Assembly: GCA_964530135.1 (NCBI GenBank)
Contig: CAZGXN010000002.1
Location: forward strand, 67,308-131,307
Source: an uncultured Bdellovibrionales bacterium
GTDB taxonomy: Bacteria; Patescibacteriota; Minisyncoccia; Moranbacterales; UBA1568
Direction of reading: 5' to 3'
DNA: 64,000 bases
In this document: positions 41,095 through 50,161 of the stretch, piece after piece
Position numbering within the stretch: position 1 is the first letter of the stretch
How the letters are laid out: every line of letters begins with the position of its first letter
Notes under the pieces: generated by a model
Databases searched by the model: none
Seen by the model: the letters and a program-made list of their open reading frames with translations, nothing else
Told to the model about the DNA's origin: nothing
Program-made: the position numbers and the translations under genes

Positions 41095-41838
41095 TCATAC
41101 CCCCCGCTTCATTCGGGCATCCGTGTAGACACAAAACTCACAGTTCGGTGCCGCCGCAGGTGCGGTATCCGCCATGAGACACTCCTTTGCCTCATAGATG
41201 ACGCCCTCCACCCACTCGTCATTGCCATCATAGGCGATGAGATGAATATCGAATTCAAGTTTTGCGTCAAATGCTTCTTTATCTGTTCCGGCATTACAAT
41301 AAACAAAGTAGCCTGTTGATGAAACTGCATAGCCATTCGACCGGAGCAGCCATTGATATATCTCCATTTGGCGGCGATAGGCATTGTGCCAGCCGTCATT
41401 GAGCTTGTCGATCACTTCCGCTTTACTCGTCGCTTTGTAATCAACCACGATGTACTCATCGCGCGAATTGATCCACAAATCATCGATCGCTCCCGTGATG
41501 ATGAGATTCGTCGGTCGATGGTGATACTGCACGCCCTGAAAATTCTCGCGCCAGATGTCGAGATCAGCGTGCGCGACCGGCCGGGCATCGATGCCGTACT
41601 TTTCCAAAAGCGGGTGCTGGGTCGATGCCGCACGATGAATGTCGAACTCTTTCTTGAGCAATGTATCGACGGCTTTGTTCAGATTGAACGGTGGACCCTG
41701 TGGTTGCCCAACTCCGAGCCGCCGGTCAATATAGAAGCAGCGCGGACAGGCAAGGAACTGTTCGAGCTTAGAGCGCGAGAGCTTGAACGCCGACTCGGAT
41801 TTTGGATCAAATATATTTCGGGAACGTAGGATAGCCAT
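41095..41838 (-). CDS. PD-(D/E)XK nuclease, Cas4/RecB-like, with CxxC...CxxC metal-binding pairs.
   Basis: N-terminal CPRC, core ...GAIDDLW...EYIVVDYKATSK (D-x-EYK), C-terminal CEFC; 247 aa. Confidence 0.6.
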   Translation of the reverse strand: MAILRSRNIFDPKSESAFKLSRSKLEQFLACPRCFYIDRRLGVGQPQGPPFNLNKAVDTLLKKEFDIHRAASTQHPLLEKYGIDARPVAHADLDIWRENFQGVQYHHRPTNLIITGAIDDLWINSRDEYIVVDYKATSKAEVIDKLNDGWHNAYRRQMEIYQWLLRSNGYAVSSTGYFVYCNAGTDKEAFDAKLEFDIHLIAYDGNDEWVEGVIYEAKECLMADTAPAAAPNCEFCVYTDARMKRGV

Positions 41839-41984
41839 AGTCTTTCGAGTATATCATTCTCTCGCATGTTAGGAGACCACCTGGCATCCAAAGTCAAGAA
41901 AAAACCGGCTGGGGAAGATGCTCCCTAGCCGGTTTCCAGAACGGTCATTGCCAAACACTGTGTGGGTATCCATTTGCCCCACAT

Positions 41985-42377
41985 TTATTTACGGGCCTTC
42001 GCTTTTTCGATAGCGACCAGCGCCCGCCGTACGGCTTTCACAAGAGGATCAGTCCGGACTGTTTGAAAATAGCTCTGCGGCACATTGGTTACCGCGCCTG
42101 TTACCAGATTTTTCCGAAACAGTCGATAATCCTCGCCAAATACAAAATCCTTTGATCGCTGCAGCTGAAACATCGCCAGACGCGGGATAGGCCAAGTGCT
42201 CACTGATCCACCAGCGAGATGAAGCCGTACTACATCCCGATCATCAAGCATGAGCCCGAAACTTTCAAAAAGTGCAAAAATATTTTGATTGGCAAGTTTT
42301 CCGATCGGATAGACAAAGAACTCGTAATTGACCGGCGCTGTGATCCGCGTCGGTTTTTTTACCTTTACCATGGTCAT
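41985..42377 (-). CDS. Hypothetical protein.
   Basis: 130-aa ORF with mixed composition and no recognisable family. Confidence 0.35.
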   Translation of the reverse strand: MTMVKVKKPTRITAPVNYEFFVYPIGKLANQNIFALFESFGLMLDDRDVVRLHLAGGSVSTWPIPRLAMFQLQRSKDFVFGEDYRLFRKNLVTGAVTNVPQSYFQTVRTDPLVKAVRRALVAIEKAKARK

Positions 42378-42457
42378 GGTATGCCTCCTGGAGTAAATAA
42401 TGGGTTGGGAAACAACGAAAAAACAGTGTCGCTACAGTAACATACAACTCAGAAATA

Positions 42458-43273
42458 TCAAGGGGTGGCGGATTGAGGTGGAATGATAATCATTGCCTTG
42501 CGCTCACCTGCGATCGATAGATGCTTACCGGTCGGATATTCACGGATTGCCCCATAGAGAACGGCTTCAGGATAATGAAAGCCAGCACCTTTCCATGTAC
42601 CTGGATCATTTGTGATGAATGCTTTCTTCTCAGCATCATAGCCGGTTACGACGAGCATGTGCTGAGCGGGACCTGGGCGAGTGAAGTTTGGATTCGAGAG
42701 CGCCTGTCCATTTGTCGGAACGATAACCACACCTTCGCTCAGCGCCTGCTTCAATTCCTCCAAAGTGAAGTCATAAATCACTCGATAATCCGAGATGTAA
42801 AAATAACCGTTGAGGAGAATATCAGCTGTATCAGTCACATCCGTATCAACCGCCTGACCGATTTGCTTCTCCTGATAGCGCGCCAGAGCGATGAGCTCCG
42901 CTTTCACTTCGTCTTTCGTATACGACCGTCCCGACCGCCAGGCATGGACCATCAGAGCCGAAGCCTCTTCGCATCCGTTCTGAAATTCGCTCTTTGCCCA
43001 CTCACCAGTCGGTGCCTGAGAAGTGAAGAACACATCTTCCCAAGACTTTGGAGCGACAGGTTTGATGGTGCTCGCGGATGTTGAGACTGATTCCAATTCC
43101 CCTGATACCGTAACCCGCTCAACCAGAGGATCAGGTGGGATAACCACCTCTTCTGACAGCGCGCTCTCAGGAGACATGATCGCCTGATTCGACTTCGAAT
43201 ACCAGAAATAGATCCCCCAAAAAACCATCCCTAGGAGTCCGATCACAAAAAATATTTTTTTTCCAGTCATCAT
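42458..43273 (-). CDS. Membrane-anchored C39-like (peptidase_C39_2/BtrH-like) putative cysteine peptidase.
   Basis: N-terminal TM FFVIGLLGMVFWGIYFW; candidate Cys in ...NGCEEASALMVHAW... and His in ...PAQHMLVVTGYD... Confidence 0.5.
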   Translation of the reverse strand: MMTGKKIFFVIGLLGMVFWGIYFWYSKSNQAIMSPESALSEEVVIPPDPLVERVTVSGELESVSTSASTIKPVAPKSWEDVFFTSQAPTGEWAKSEFQNGCEEASALMVHAWRSGRSYTKDEVKAELIALARYQEKQIGQAVDTDVTDTADILLNGYFYISDYRVIYDFTLEELKQALSEGVVIVPTNGQALSNPNFTRPGPAQHMLVVTGYDAEKKAFITNDPGTWKGAGFHYPEAVLYGAIREYPTGKHLSIAGERKAMIIIPPQSATP

Positions 43274-43347
43274 GCTTTCATCCTAGCATTAAAAAGAAAT
43301 ATCCCCATCGCGTATAACGCAACGGGGACATCAACAGCCGTGCCTTC

Positions 43348-43698
43348 TCATGCTTGCCGGACATAACGCCGTACCTCCGTCCAAAGTCTGAGACCATGTT
43401 CCGCGGAATGTGTCACCGCAAACACATGTCTCCAGCCATGATTCTCGCGACGGTACAAAAGCTCGATACGGGCCATGCCACTCCGAGTACCACGCGGTGG
43501 TCCGATGAAGCACTGCACGATCTCAAAACCATTCTCAGTTTTAGCGTGATGGTATTTTTTGATGAGTTCCATAATGACACAGCTGAGCTGGTCGTTATAG
43601 AGCGCCAATGGCTCATCGCCCTGCCGTGGATCATCCAGTGGCACACCATACATACCTGGTGCCGGCTCCAGGACAAACTTCCGTTTTGGTGATTTCAT
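43348..43698 (-). CDS. Hypothetical protein.
   Basis: 116-aa ORF, co-directional and close to the C39-like gene. Confidence 0.35.
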   Translation of the reverse strand: MKSPKRKFVLEPAPGMYGVPLDDPRQGDEPLALYNDQLSCVIMELIKKYHHAKTENGFEIVQCFIGPPRGTRSGMARIELLYRRENHGWRHVFAVTHSAEHGLRLWTEVRRYVRQA

Positions 43699-43771
43699 CG
43701 AAAACCTCCATTCTCAAGTTTTAAAAGAAGCCCCTCGAAACTAACACTGAAACGAAAGATTGTACAGCTCT

Positions 43772-44962
43772 TTAGCGTCGCCGGCCAAAGTGGCGAGCGC
43801 CCGGACGAGCCGCTGAGGCTGGTCGCCGGACGCTCCGGAGAGGTTTCATATCACCCTCGGGAACTGTTCCGCCCGCTACCGGTAAAGTGATACGCATGAG
43901 GCGTTCGATATCTCGGACATTCCCTTTTTGATCAGGCGTTGCAAACGAAATAGCGCGACCTTCTCGGCCCGCCCGCGCGGTACGGCCGATGCGGTGTACA
44001 TAATCCTCCGCTTTTTCTGGAAGATCATAATTAATAACGACTTCAATACCAGTAACATCAATTCCCCGAGCAGCAATATCGGTCGCAACGAGTACGCGAT
44101 ACCGGCCACTTTTGAATCCATCCAAGGCTTCACGCCGTTGGGCCAATGAACGGTTCGAGTGGATTTCGACCGCCTGATGACCTTTGTTTCGCAGGGACAA
44201 AGCGATTCGCTTAGCAATAAATTTTGTGCGAGTGAACACGAGCACACTCCCGTCATATTCAGTCAGCAGCTTCAGTAACAGATCAAGTTTTTCCATGTGT
44301 GGCACAAAGAAGATTTCCTGGGAAATTTTCTCAACCGCTGTCCCAGGTGGAGCGACTTCGACCCGCGTCGGGATCTTTAGATAAGAGGTTGCAAGGCGAA
44401 CAACTTCATTTGGCATGGTTGCAGAGAACAACATCGTCTGGCGTTCTTTCGGGACATGCTTCACAACCTCAGCGATCTGCGGAGCAAAACCCATATCGAG
44501 CATGTGATCAGCTTCATCAAGAACGAGAATGCTCACTTGATCGAGCTTCACAGTCCGTTGTCCAAGGTGATCATTCAGCCGGCCTGGTGTGGCGATGATA
44601 ATATGTGGATTGGCTCGAATCTGCCGTTTCTGCTTTTCCATAGAGTCACCGCCAATCAGCACAGCCGTGCGAATACCGAGTTTTTTCCCAATGCGTTGAA
44701 AGGTTTCGTCTACCTGAAGAGCGAGTTCACGAGTCGGGAGAATAACCAGACCCTGACGACGCTTGTCTTCCAAAATACGACCGATCATCGGGATGCCAAA
44801 AGCAAGTGTCTTACCTGTTCCCGTCTGAGCAATACCCATGACATCCTTGCCGGTGATAGCGATTGGAATGGAGCGTTCCTGAATCGGGGTCGGCATGACA
44901 AACTTGAGTTCATCGAGGACAGCGAGGAGCCCCGGGGCAATACCGAGATTATGAAAACTCAT
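43772..44962 (-). CDS. DEAD-box ATP-dependent RNA helicase.
   Basis: Q-motif FHNLGIAPGLLAV...PTPIQ, AQTGTGKT, VLDEADHMLDMGF, SAT, HRIGRTARAGREG. Confidence 0.9.
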   Translation of the reverse strand: MSFHNLGIAPGLLAVLDELKFVMPTPIQERSIPIAITGKDVMGIAQTGTGKTLAFGIPMIGRILEDKRRQGLVILPTRELALQVDETFQRIGKKLGIRTAVLIGGDSMEKQKRQIRANPHIIIATPGRLNDHLGQRTVKLDQVSILVLDEADHMLDMGFAPQIAEVVKHVPKERQTMLFSATMPNEVVRLATSYLKIPTRVEVAPPGTAVEKISQEIFFVPHMEKLDLLLKLLTEYDGSVLVFTRTKFIAKRIALSLRNKGHQAVEIHSNRSLAQRREALDGFKSGRYRVLVATDIAARGIDVTGIEVVINYDLPEKAEDYVHRIGRTARAGREGRAISFATPDQKGNVRDIERLMRITLPVAGGTVPEGDMKPLRSVRRPASAARPGARHFGRRR

Positions 44963-45034
44963 GTAAAAAATGTTAGATACGGAATCAAGCTATCTTGGCA
45001 CGGATTGACCGTTTGGTCAACCCTGAAAAAGGTT

Positions 45035-45415
45035 TTACTCCCAAATCCCCTGCCATTTACCAATATACTCCACGACGACATAGAGAAAAAAGCTGTAGCC
45101 AACAACGCCGGCGATAAGCGTAATCAGGATGCCATTCACGATGCGATTCCGCTCGCGTTTCGCCTGATCGAGTGTACAGATACCCTGATGCCGGAGATGA
45201 GAGAGGTACGCAACACTCAAGGCGAGCAATCCCACAAAACGGAAATACCATTTATACTCGCCATACAATGTGTCAGCAAGTGAAGTAGCAAAACTCACGG
45301 TTGAGAGACCAAGAAACACCAGGATTACTGGTGAAAGACAACACAGCGACGCAATGACAACCGGCACTGAAGCAACCCTAAATATTTCTTTTACCTGCAT
45401 ATCACTAGTATACAC
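45035..45415 (-). CDS. Small membrane protein, MerT-like (Cys-Cys pair in TM1).
   Basis: VIASLCCLSPVILVFLG in first TM, 3-4 TM, ~125 aa. Confidence 0.35.
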   Translation of the reverse strand: MYTSDMQVKEIFRVASVPVVIASLCCLSPVILVFLGLSTVSFATSLADTLYGEYKWYFRFVGLLALSVAYLSHLRHQGICTLDQAKRERNRIVNGILITLIAGVVGYSFFLYVVVEYIGKWQGIWE

Positions 45416-45466
45416 CCCCTAAAAATACATCAATGGAACGGTGGCGTGTAGCGTGTAGGAGGAATA

Positions 45467-46630
45467 CTATATCAAACGGATTGCTTTCGCCACCGCTGCG
45501 ACAACACGTTTATCAAAAGTGTTTGGGATGATATTACCGGCAGTCGGCTTCTCAACTAATGCGGCGAGGTTTTTTGCGGCTCGGACCAGCATCGCATCCG
45601 TGATCCGTCGGATTTTGTGATCCAGCGCCCCTCGGAAAATACCCGGGAAACCGAGGGAATTATTGATCTGATTGGCGAAGTCCGATCGTCCCGTCGCAAC
45701 GATTCGCGCTCCGGCTCGAAATGCAGCGTCAGGCATAATTTCTGGCACTGGGTTCGCCAATGCAAAGATAATCGGATCAACTGCCATCGTCCGTACATGT
45801 TCTTCACTCAGTATGTCCGCTTTAGAAACACCAATGAAGACATCTGCTCCAGCGATTGCAACCGTAAGATCACCATCGATACCATCTGGATTCGTTTTAG
45901 CCCGAAGTGCCTGTTTGTGTTGATCAAGATCGCTGCGATTGGGGCCGAGGATACCGCGACTATCAAGTATGACGATGTTTTCGACGCCGTACACAAGCAA
46001 TAGTTCAGCGATAGCTTGTCCGGCAGCCCCCGCACCAGAAATCACAACCCAAACCGATTCTTTTTTCTTCTTTACGACTTTCAGCGCATTGATGAAACCA
46101 GTCAAAACCACCATCGCCGTCCCATGCTGATCATCATGCATGACTGGAATATCTAACTCCTCCTGTAATCGCTGTTCAATCTCGAAGCAGCGCGGGGCCG
46201 CGATATCTTCCAAATTGATACCACCGAAACCAGGCGCGATCCGCTTCACGGTCTCGATGATCTCTTCCGTATCCTGCGTAGCCAGTACGATTGGAAACGC
46301 ATCGACACCTGCCAGTGTCTTGAAGAGCATTGCCTTTCCTTCCATGACCGGAAGCGCAGCTACCGGACCGATGTTCCCGAGGCCGAGCACTGCCGAACCA
46401 TCAGAGACAACCGCAACCATATTCCCCTGCATCGTATACTGCCCCGCGTCTTCAGGATGCATCGCGAGATGACTCGACACTGCTCCAACGCCCGGTGTGT
46501 AGACCACAGCAAGATCGTCTTTATTCTTGACCGGAATTTTTGGCGTGACCTCGACTTTTCCGCGGAGTTTCTTGTGAAGCGCAAGCGCAAGCTTGGCATA
46601 GTTCTTCTTCGCTGTTTTTTTGGCGACCAT
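45467..46630 (-). CDS. NAD(P)-dependent malic enzyme (short, MaeB-N-terminal-like).
   Basis: ...VYTPGVG...; GINLEDIAAPRCFEIE; GAGAAG Rossmann; 387 aa. Confidence 0.85.
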   Translation of the reverse strand: MVAKKTAKKNYAKLALALHKKLRGKVEVTPKIPVKNKDDLAVVYTPGVGAVSSHLAMHPEDAGQYTMQGNMVAVVSDGSAVLGLGNIGPVAALPVMEGKAMLFKTLAGVDAFPIVLATQDTEEIIETVKRIAPGFGGINLEDIAAPRCFEIEQRLQEELDIPVMHDDQHGTAMVVLTGFINALKVVKKKKESVWVVISGAGAAGQAIAELLLVYGVENIVILDSRGILGPNRSDLDQHKQALRAKTNPDGIDGDLTVAIAGADVFIGVSKADILSEEHVRTMAVDPIIFALANPVPEIMPDAAFRAGARIVATGRSDFANQINNSLGFPGIFRGALDHKIRRITDAMLVRAAKNLAALVEKPTAGNIIPNTFDKRVVAAVAKAIRLI

Positions 46631-46727
46631 ATCTGGAATTTTTTTAAAAAAATTGAATATTTTACGATTTCACTCGTTAGAGAAAAAAGGAGGGTCTTCT
46701 TACGAAGACCCTCGGGAGAAATAGCAC

Positions 46728-47489
46728 CTAGTAGTAGGCGCCTTCGATATCGACGATGGTGCCATAAACGTAATCGGATGCTTCACCCGAAAGTGAGACG
46801 ATAAGGTTGGCGACTTCTTCGGGCTTGGCTTGGCGACCACTCTTGATCTTGGGCAATTCGACTGCCCAATCCTCTGCCGTTACAGTATCGTTCATCCGAG
46901 TCTTGACCCAACCCGGAGCAACTCCGTTGACATGGATGCCATGCTCGGCATAGTAGTAGCTCGCATTCTTCACGAGCGCCTCTTGGCCCGCCTTCGAGGA
47001 ATCGTAGGGTGCAGAACTTGCACTGAAAGTTCGGCGGCCATTGATGGACGTCACAACGACGATACGGCCGGCGATACCCTTGGCGACCATACGGTCTGCG
47101 ATGGCCCGAGTCGAAACCCAACAGCCGACCAGATTGACCGCAAGAACTTTGGCCCAGAGTTCAGGGGTCTGATCCTTGAACGGAGTATCCGGCGACCATC
47201 CGATGTTGTCGGCAACGACATCGATCTCTTGGCCGTTTGCCGCGACTGCGTTCTCGAGCAACTGCTCGAACGCTTTCGGATCCATCCGGTCGCCATGACC
47301 GGCGACAAAGACCTTTACATCTTTCGCGCGGAGCTCTTCGGCCAGTGCTTCCGCTTCCGATTGCTTACTGCCATACGTCAATGTAATCGCAGTGGCACCA
47401 GCGCTGAGGTACTTCATCGCAACCGCGTGGCCGATGCCGCCGCTCGCTCCGAGCACCAATGCGTGCTTGCCCTTAAGGTACGTGCTCAT
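46728..47489 (-). CDS. SDR family oxidoreductase.
   Basis: LVLGASGGIGHAVA TGxxxGxG, NNAG-like region, YDSSK catalytic Y-x3-K. Confidence 0.85.
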   Translation of the reverse strand: MSTYLKGKHALVLGASGGIGHAVAMKYLSAGATAITLTYGSKQSEAEALAEELRAKDVKVFVAGHGDRMDPKAFEQLLENAVAANGQEIDVVADNIGWSPDTPFKDQTPELWAKVLAVNLVGCWVSTRAIADRMVAKGIAGRIVVVTSINGRRTFSASSAPYDSSKAGQEALVKNASYYYAEHGIHVNGVAPGWVKTRMNDTVTAEDWAVELPKIKSGRQAKPEEVANLIVSLSGEASDYVYGTIVDIEGAYY

Positions 47490-47547
47490 AGGTATTTCTC
47501 CTGTTGGTGATTTGGGTTAGGTTCAACCGCTCTGAACTCACCCTTGC

Positions 47548-47576
47548 ATTATACCCCCAGGGGGTACATAAGTCAA
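47548..47576 (-). promoter_or_regulatory. Consensus sigma-70 promoter of the SDR gene with a perfect palindrome in the spacer.
   Basis: Minus strand TTGACT-17-TATAAT; spacer holds taccccctgggggta (7-1-7 palindrome); AGGAG RBS 8 nt before the ATG. Confidence 0.55.
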
Positions 47577-47589
47577 TATAGATACGCCG

Positions 47590-48825
47590 TCAATCCTCAC
47601 CGCGGATGCGGAAGATCCGATCGTCCAAGGGAGCGGGATTGCCCCGACCGTCGCGATTCGAAGTCGTGAAGTAAATATTACCATCTGGTCCTTCGACGAC
47701 TGCACGAATACGACCGAGGGATGACACTTCGCGTAACTTGCCATAAGCCGCAATTGTTTCTGGATTTTCCGTATCCAATCGAATCCGCATTAGTCCTTCA
47801 CCTTTGAGCGCACCAAAAAATAGATTACCCCGCCATTCCGGAAACACCCGTCCCGAATAAATCATCAGCGACGCAGGGGCCTCTGCTGGCGTCAGTACGA
47901 GCAATGGCGAGATCATTCCTGGACGACTTTTCTCATGTGAAACAACCGGCCAACCATAGTTGCCACCCGACCGAATCAAATTCACTTCGTCCCCACCAGC
48001 CGGGCCATCAAAAACCGATGGTCCATGCTCTGTCTCATACAATGCTCCCGTATCCGGATGCCAGGCGAGACCCTGCGGATTGCGGTGGCCGAATGACCAG
48101 ACGGCATTTCCCTGCATTGGATTATCTGTCGGGATTGTCCCATCTTTGTTGAGACGGAGAATTTTCCCTGCCAGTGAACGCGTATCTTGGGCAAGCTCTT
48201 TACTCGCCGCATCACCAGTCGAGATATAGAGCTTACCATCAGGACCAAACGCGATCCGACAACCCGCATGAAATTGAGCCGCTGGAATACGATCGATAAT
48301 AACCATCGGGCTTTCAAGTGCAGTGCCAGCATCGACAAAGCGTACTACCTTCACCCACAATTGTTCATTCGTTGCATACGCCATCGCCACATAGAGAAAG
48401 TGATTGTTCGGATATTCCGGATCAAGTGCCAGCGACATCAGTCCATCCTCTCCTTTCTCGATAACTTCATTAAACACATGAAGTGGCTTTTCATGGAGTT
48501 CACCTTGTTCAACAACACGAATCTGACCCGGCCGCTCAGTAACGAGAATACGCTCAGGTGAAGTAAAAACGAGATCCCAAGGCGTATCGAGACCCGACGC
48601 AACCGCCTCAACTTTCACGGTAGGATTTCTCTCGCGCACTTCTTCCAGCGTATCGGGTGCGTCGCGCACAATCGGACCATTATCCTGAACCACTGGTTTT
48701 TGGTCAATAACAGTCACCTCTTGACCAGGATGAAGTGCTGTACTCAGCCAATTAAACCAGTACACGCCGACAAAGAGACCGGCTGCAAGTAAAAGCAAAA
48801 AGAGATAACTGAAAAACCGTTTCAT
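47590..48825 (-). CDS. PQQ-dependent soluble sugar dehydrogenase family (YliI-like β-propeller) with N-terminal signal/TM; track ORF extends to 48855.
   Basis: ...AFGPDGKLYISTGD, HRNPQGLAWHP, GGDEVNLIRSGGNYGWP motifs of the GSDH family. Confidence 0.75.
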   Translation of the reverse strand: MKRFFSYLFLLLLAAGLFVGVYWFNWLSTALHPGQEVTVIDQKPVVQDNGPIVRDAPDTLEEVRERNPTVKVEAVASGLDTPWDLVFTSPERILVTERPGQIRVVEQGELHEKPLHVFNEVIEKGEDGLMSLALDPEYPNNHFLYVAMAYATNEQLWVKVVRFVDAGTALESPMVIIDRIPAAQFHAGCRIAFGPDGKLYISTGDAASKELAQDTRSLAGKILRLNKDGTIPTDNPMQGNAVWSFGHRNPQGLAWHPDTGALYETEHGPSVFDGPAGGDEVNLIRSGGNYGWPVVSHEKSRPGMISPLLVLTPAEAPASLMIYSGRVFPEWRGNLFFGALKGEGLMRIRLDTENPETIAAYGKLREVSSLGRIRAVVEGPDGNIYFTTSNRDGRGNPAPLDDRIFRIRGED

Positions 48826-48845
48826 AGTTTGTTTGGTACCGATAT

Positions 48846-48896
48846 AGTATACCATTCCTACCTGTTGACAATGTTCCCAAAGTGCTATACTAGGGG
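48846..48896. promoter_or_regulatory. Divergent promoter-like elements.
   Basis: On the minus strand, ttgtca-N14/16-tatact sits upstream of the dehydrogenase start. On the plus strand, TTGACA-15-TGcTATACT is followed by aggggcgg. Confidence 0.35.
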
Positions 48897-49102
48897 CGGA
48901 AAGCCTTCAGAATGGTCCAGCGAAAAATTGAAACCCACCTGGTATTCAGGGAAATGATTTTTCCGACACTATCATTTTTGGGATTCAGTCGCCCGACCTG
49001 CATTGAGGGCTTTTCATTATTATGAGCACTCGCTTGCTGCTGTATTGTCTTCTTTAAACTCAAACATCTCGCCGCTAGCGTTTAGCTGAGTTAATACACT
49101 CT

Positions 49103-49489
49103 TCAATTCAGAAAATCTGGATCACGGCTCAGCCGCGCCTGCCACGCTGCAGAGCTCACGAGGACATAAAAAATAATCGTCGTGATCAAAAGTGCGGCTT
49201 GTTGTTCTGGACGCATAGCATGATCTGTAAGCCAGAGTGTAAACACATACGCAAGGAGTGGCACGATAGTATCTGACAAAACATTGAGTTTCAGTTCTCG
49301 AATATGCAAAAACATTTCGAAGTATTCCCACAAAATCGCTATCCCGAGGGTAGCTATAAAAAATGGAATTGTGGGAAGTCCAAACACACGGACGCTCAAC
49401 GCAACGAGCATACCCAAAAGAAAATGCGGCACTGACCAGTAGTCGATGAGACCCTTGAAGGATCGTAAGGATTTGATCCGTACACTCAT
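49103..49489 (-). CDS. Hypothetical small polytopic membrane protein.
   Basis: 128 aa, ~4 predicted TM helices. Confidence 0.5.
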   Translation of the reverse strand: MSVRIKSLRSFKGLIDYWSVPHFLLGMLVALSVRVFGLPTIPFFIATLGIAILWEYFEMFLHIRELKLNVLSDTIVPLLAYVFTLWLTDHAMRPEQQAALLITTIIFYVLVSSAAWQARLSRDPDFLN

Positions 49490-49502
49490 ACTCTCAACTG
49501 TA

Positions 49503-49802
49503 TCACACCAGTACCAACCTTACGGTGAGTACCACCCCTTCACGAATACTTTCTGCTTGTCGCACTTTTGCCTTAAGTGCCAACAGATACTGGCCCGCTT
49601 TGGTGGGAAAGAGTGTGGTCCGCCAAGTAGTCCTCCCAACGGTTGCCTCAATCGGAATAAATTGAAAGCCGACAGTTTTCGTTCGAACCATGCGGATAGC
49701 AGCACTCATCTCGGTATCAATCGGTATAAAATACCAACTCGCTGGAGCGACCGTATATCGGATAACCTTTCCTGTTACTTTGAATATTTTTCTTCTGAGC
49801 AT
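49503..49802 (-). CDS. DUF1905-like small protein; start at the internal MLRRK, since the upstream part of track ORF 49503..50120 overlaps the GIY-YIG gene.
   Basis: ...VGFQFIPIEATVGRTTWRTTLFPTKAGQYLLALKAKVRQAESIREGVVLTVRL resembles the DUF1905 consensus. Confidence 0.45.
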   Translation of the reverse strand: MLRRKIFKVTGKVIRYTVAPASWYFIPIDTEMSAAIRMVRTKTVGFQFIPIEATVGRTTWRTTLFPTKAGQYLLALKAKVRQAESIREGVVLTVRLVLV

Positions 49803-49899
49803 ACTTTTCACGATCCTATCAACCGTCATGACTACTGTGTAAATATACCTGGATACGAGAGCGTGTCTAAACTTCAAGCGAAAACTCTCTCGCGTGAGA

Positions 49900-50148
49900 T
49901 TAATGCTTATGTATGAGAGTATTTTTTTCTGTCCGCGACAGCTTTTTGATGCGAGCCTCTTCACGCGAGGCGGTGGAACGAGTCCGAAAGCGCCGGACAT
50001 ACACAATCGCCACCGGCCGACGGCCGCGCGTATACTTGGCACCCCGCGAGGATGTATTGTGTTCTGACAATCGCCGAGCGAGATCCGTTGCAATACCCGT
50101 ATAGAGTGTTCCGTCAGCACAGCTGAGAATATAGAGTGAATACATCAT
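49900..50148 (-). CDS. GIY-YIG nuclease superfamily small protein (YhbQ-like).
   Basis: MMYSLYILSCADGTLYTGIATDLARRLSEH... GIY...YTG motif, 82 aa. Confidence 0.8.
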   Translation of the reverse strand: MMYSLYILSCADGTLYTGIATDLARRLSEHNTSSRGAKYTRGRRPVAIVYVRRFRTRSTASREEARIKKLSRTEKNTLIHKH

Positions 50149-50161
50149 TTCGGATAGTTAT

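Noticed and set aside
46728-48855. Impression of elevated GC across the SDR / PQQ-dehydrogenase genes as a second island.
   Set aside because: I only eyeballed this. Spot counts were ~55%, within the range of neighbouring housekeeping genes, so it is not claimed.
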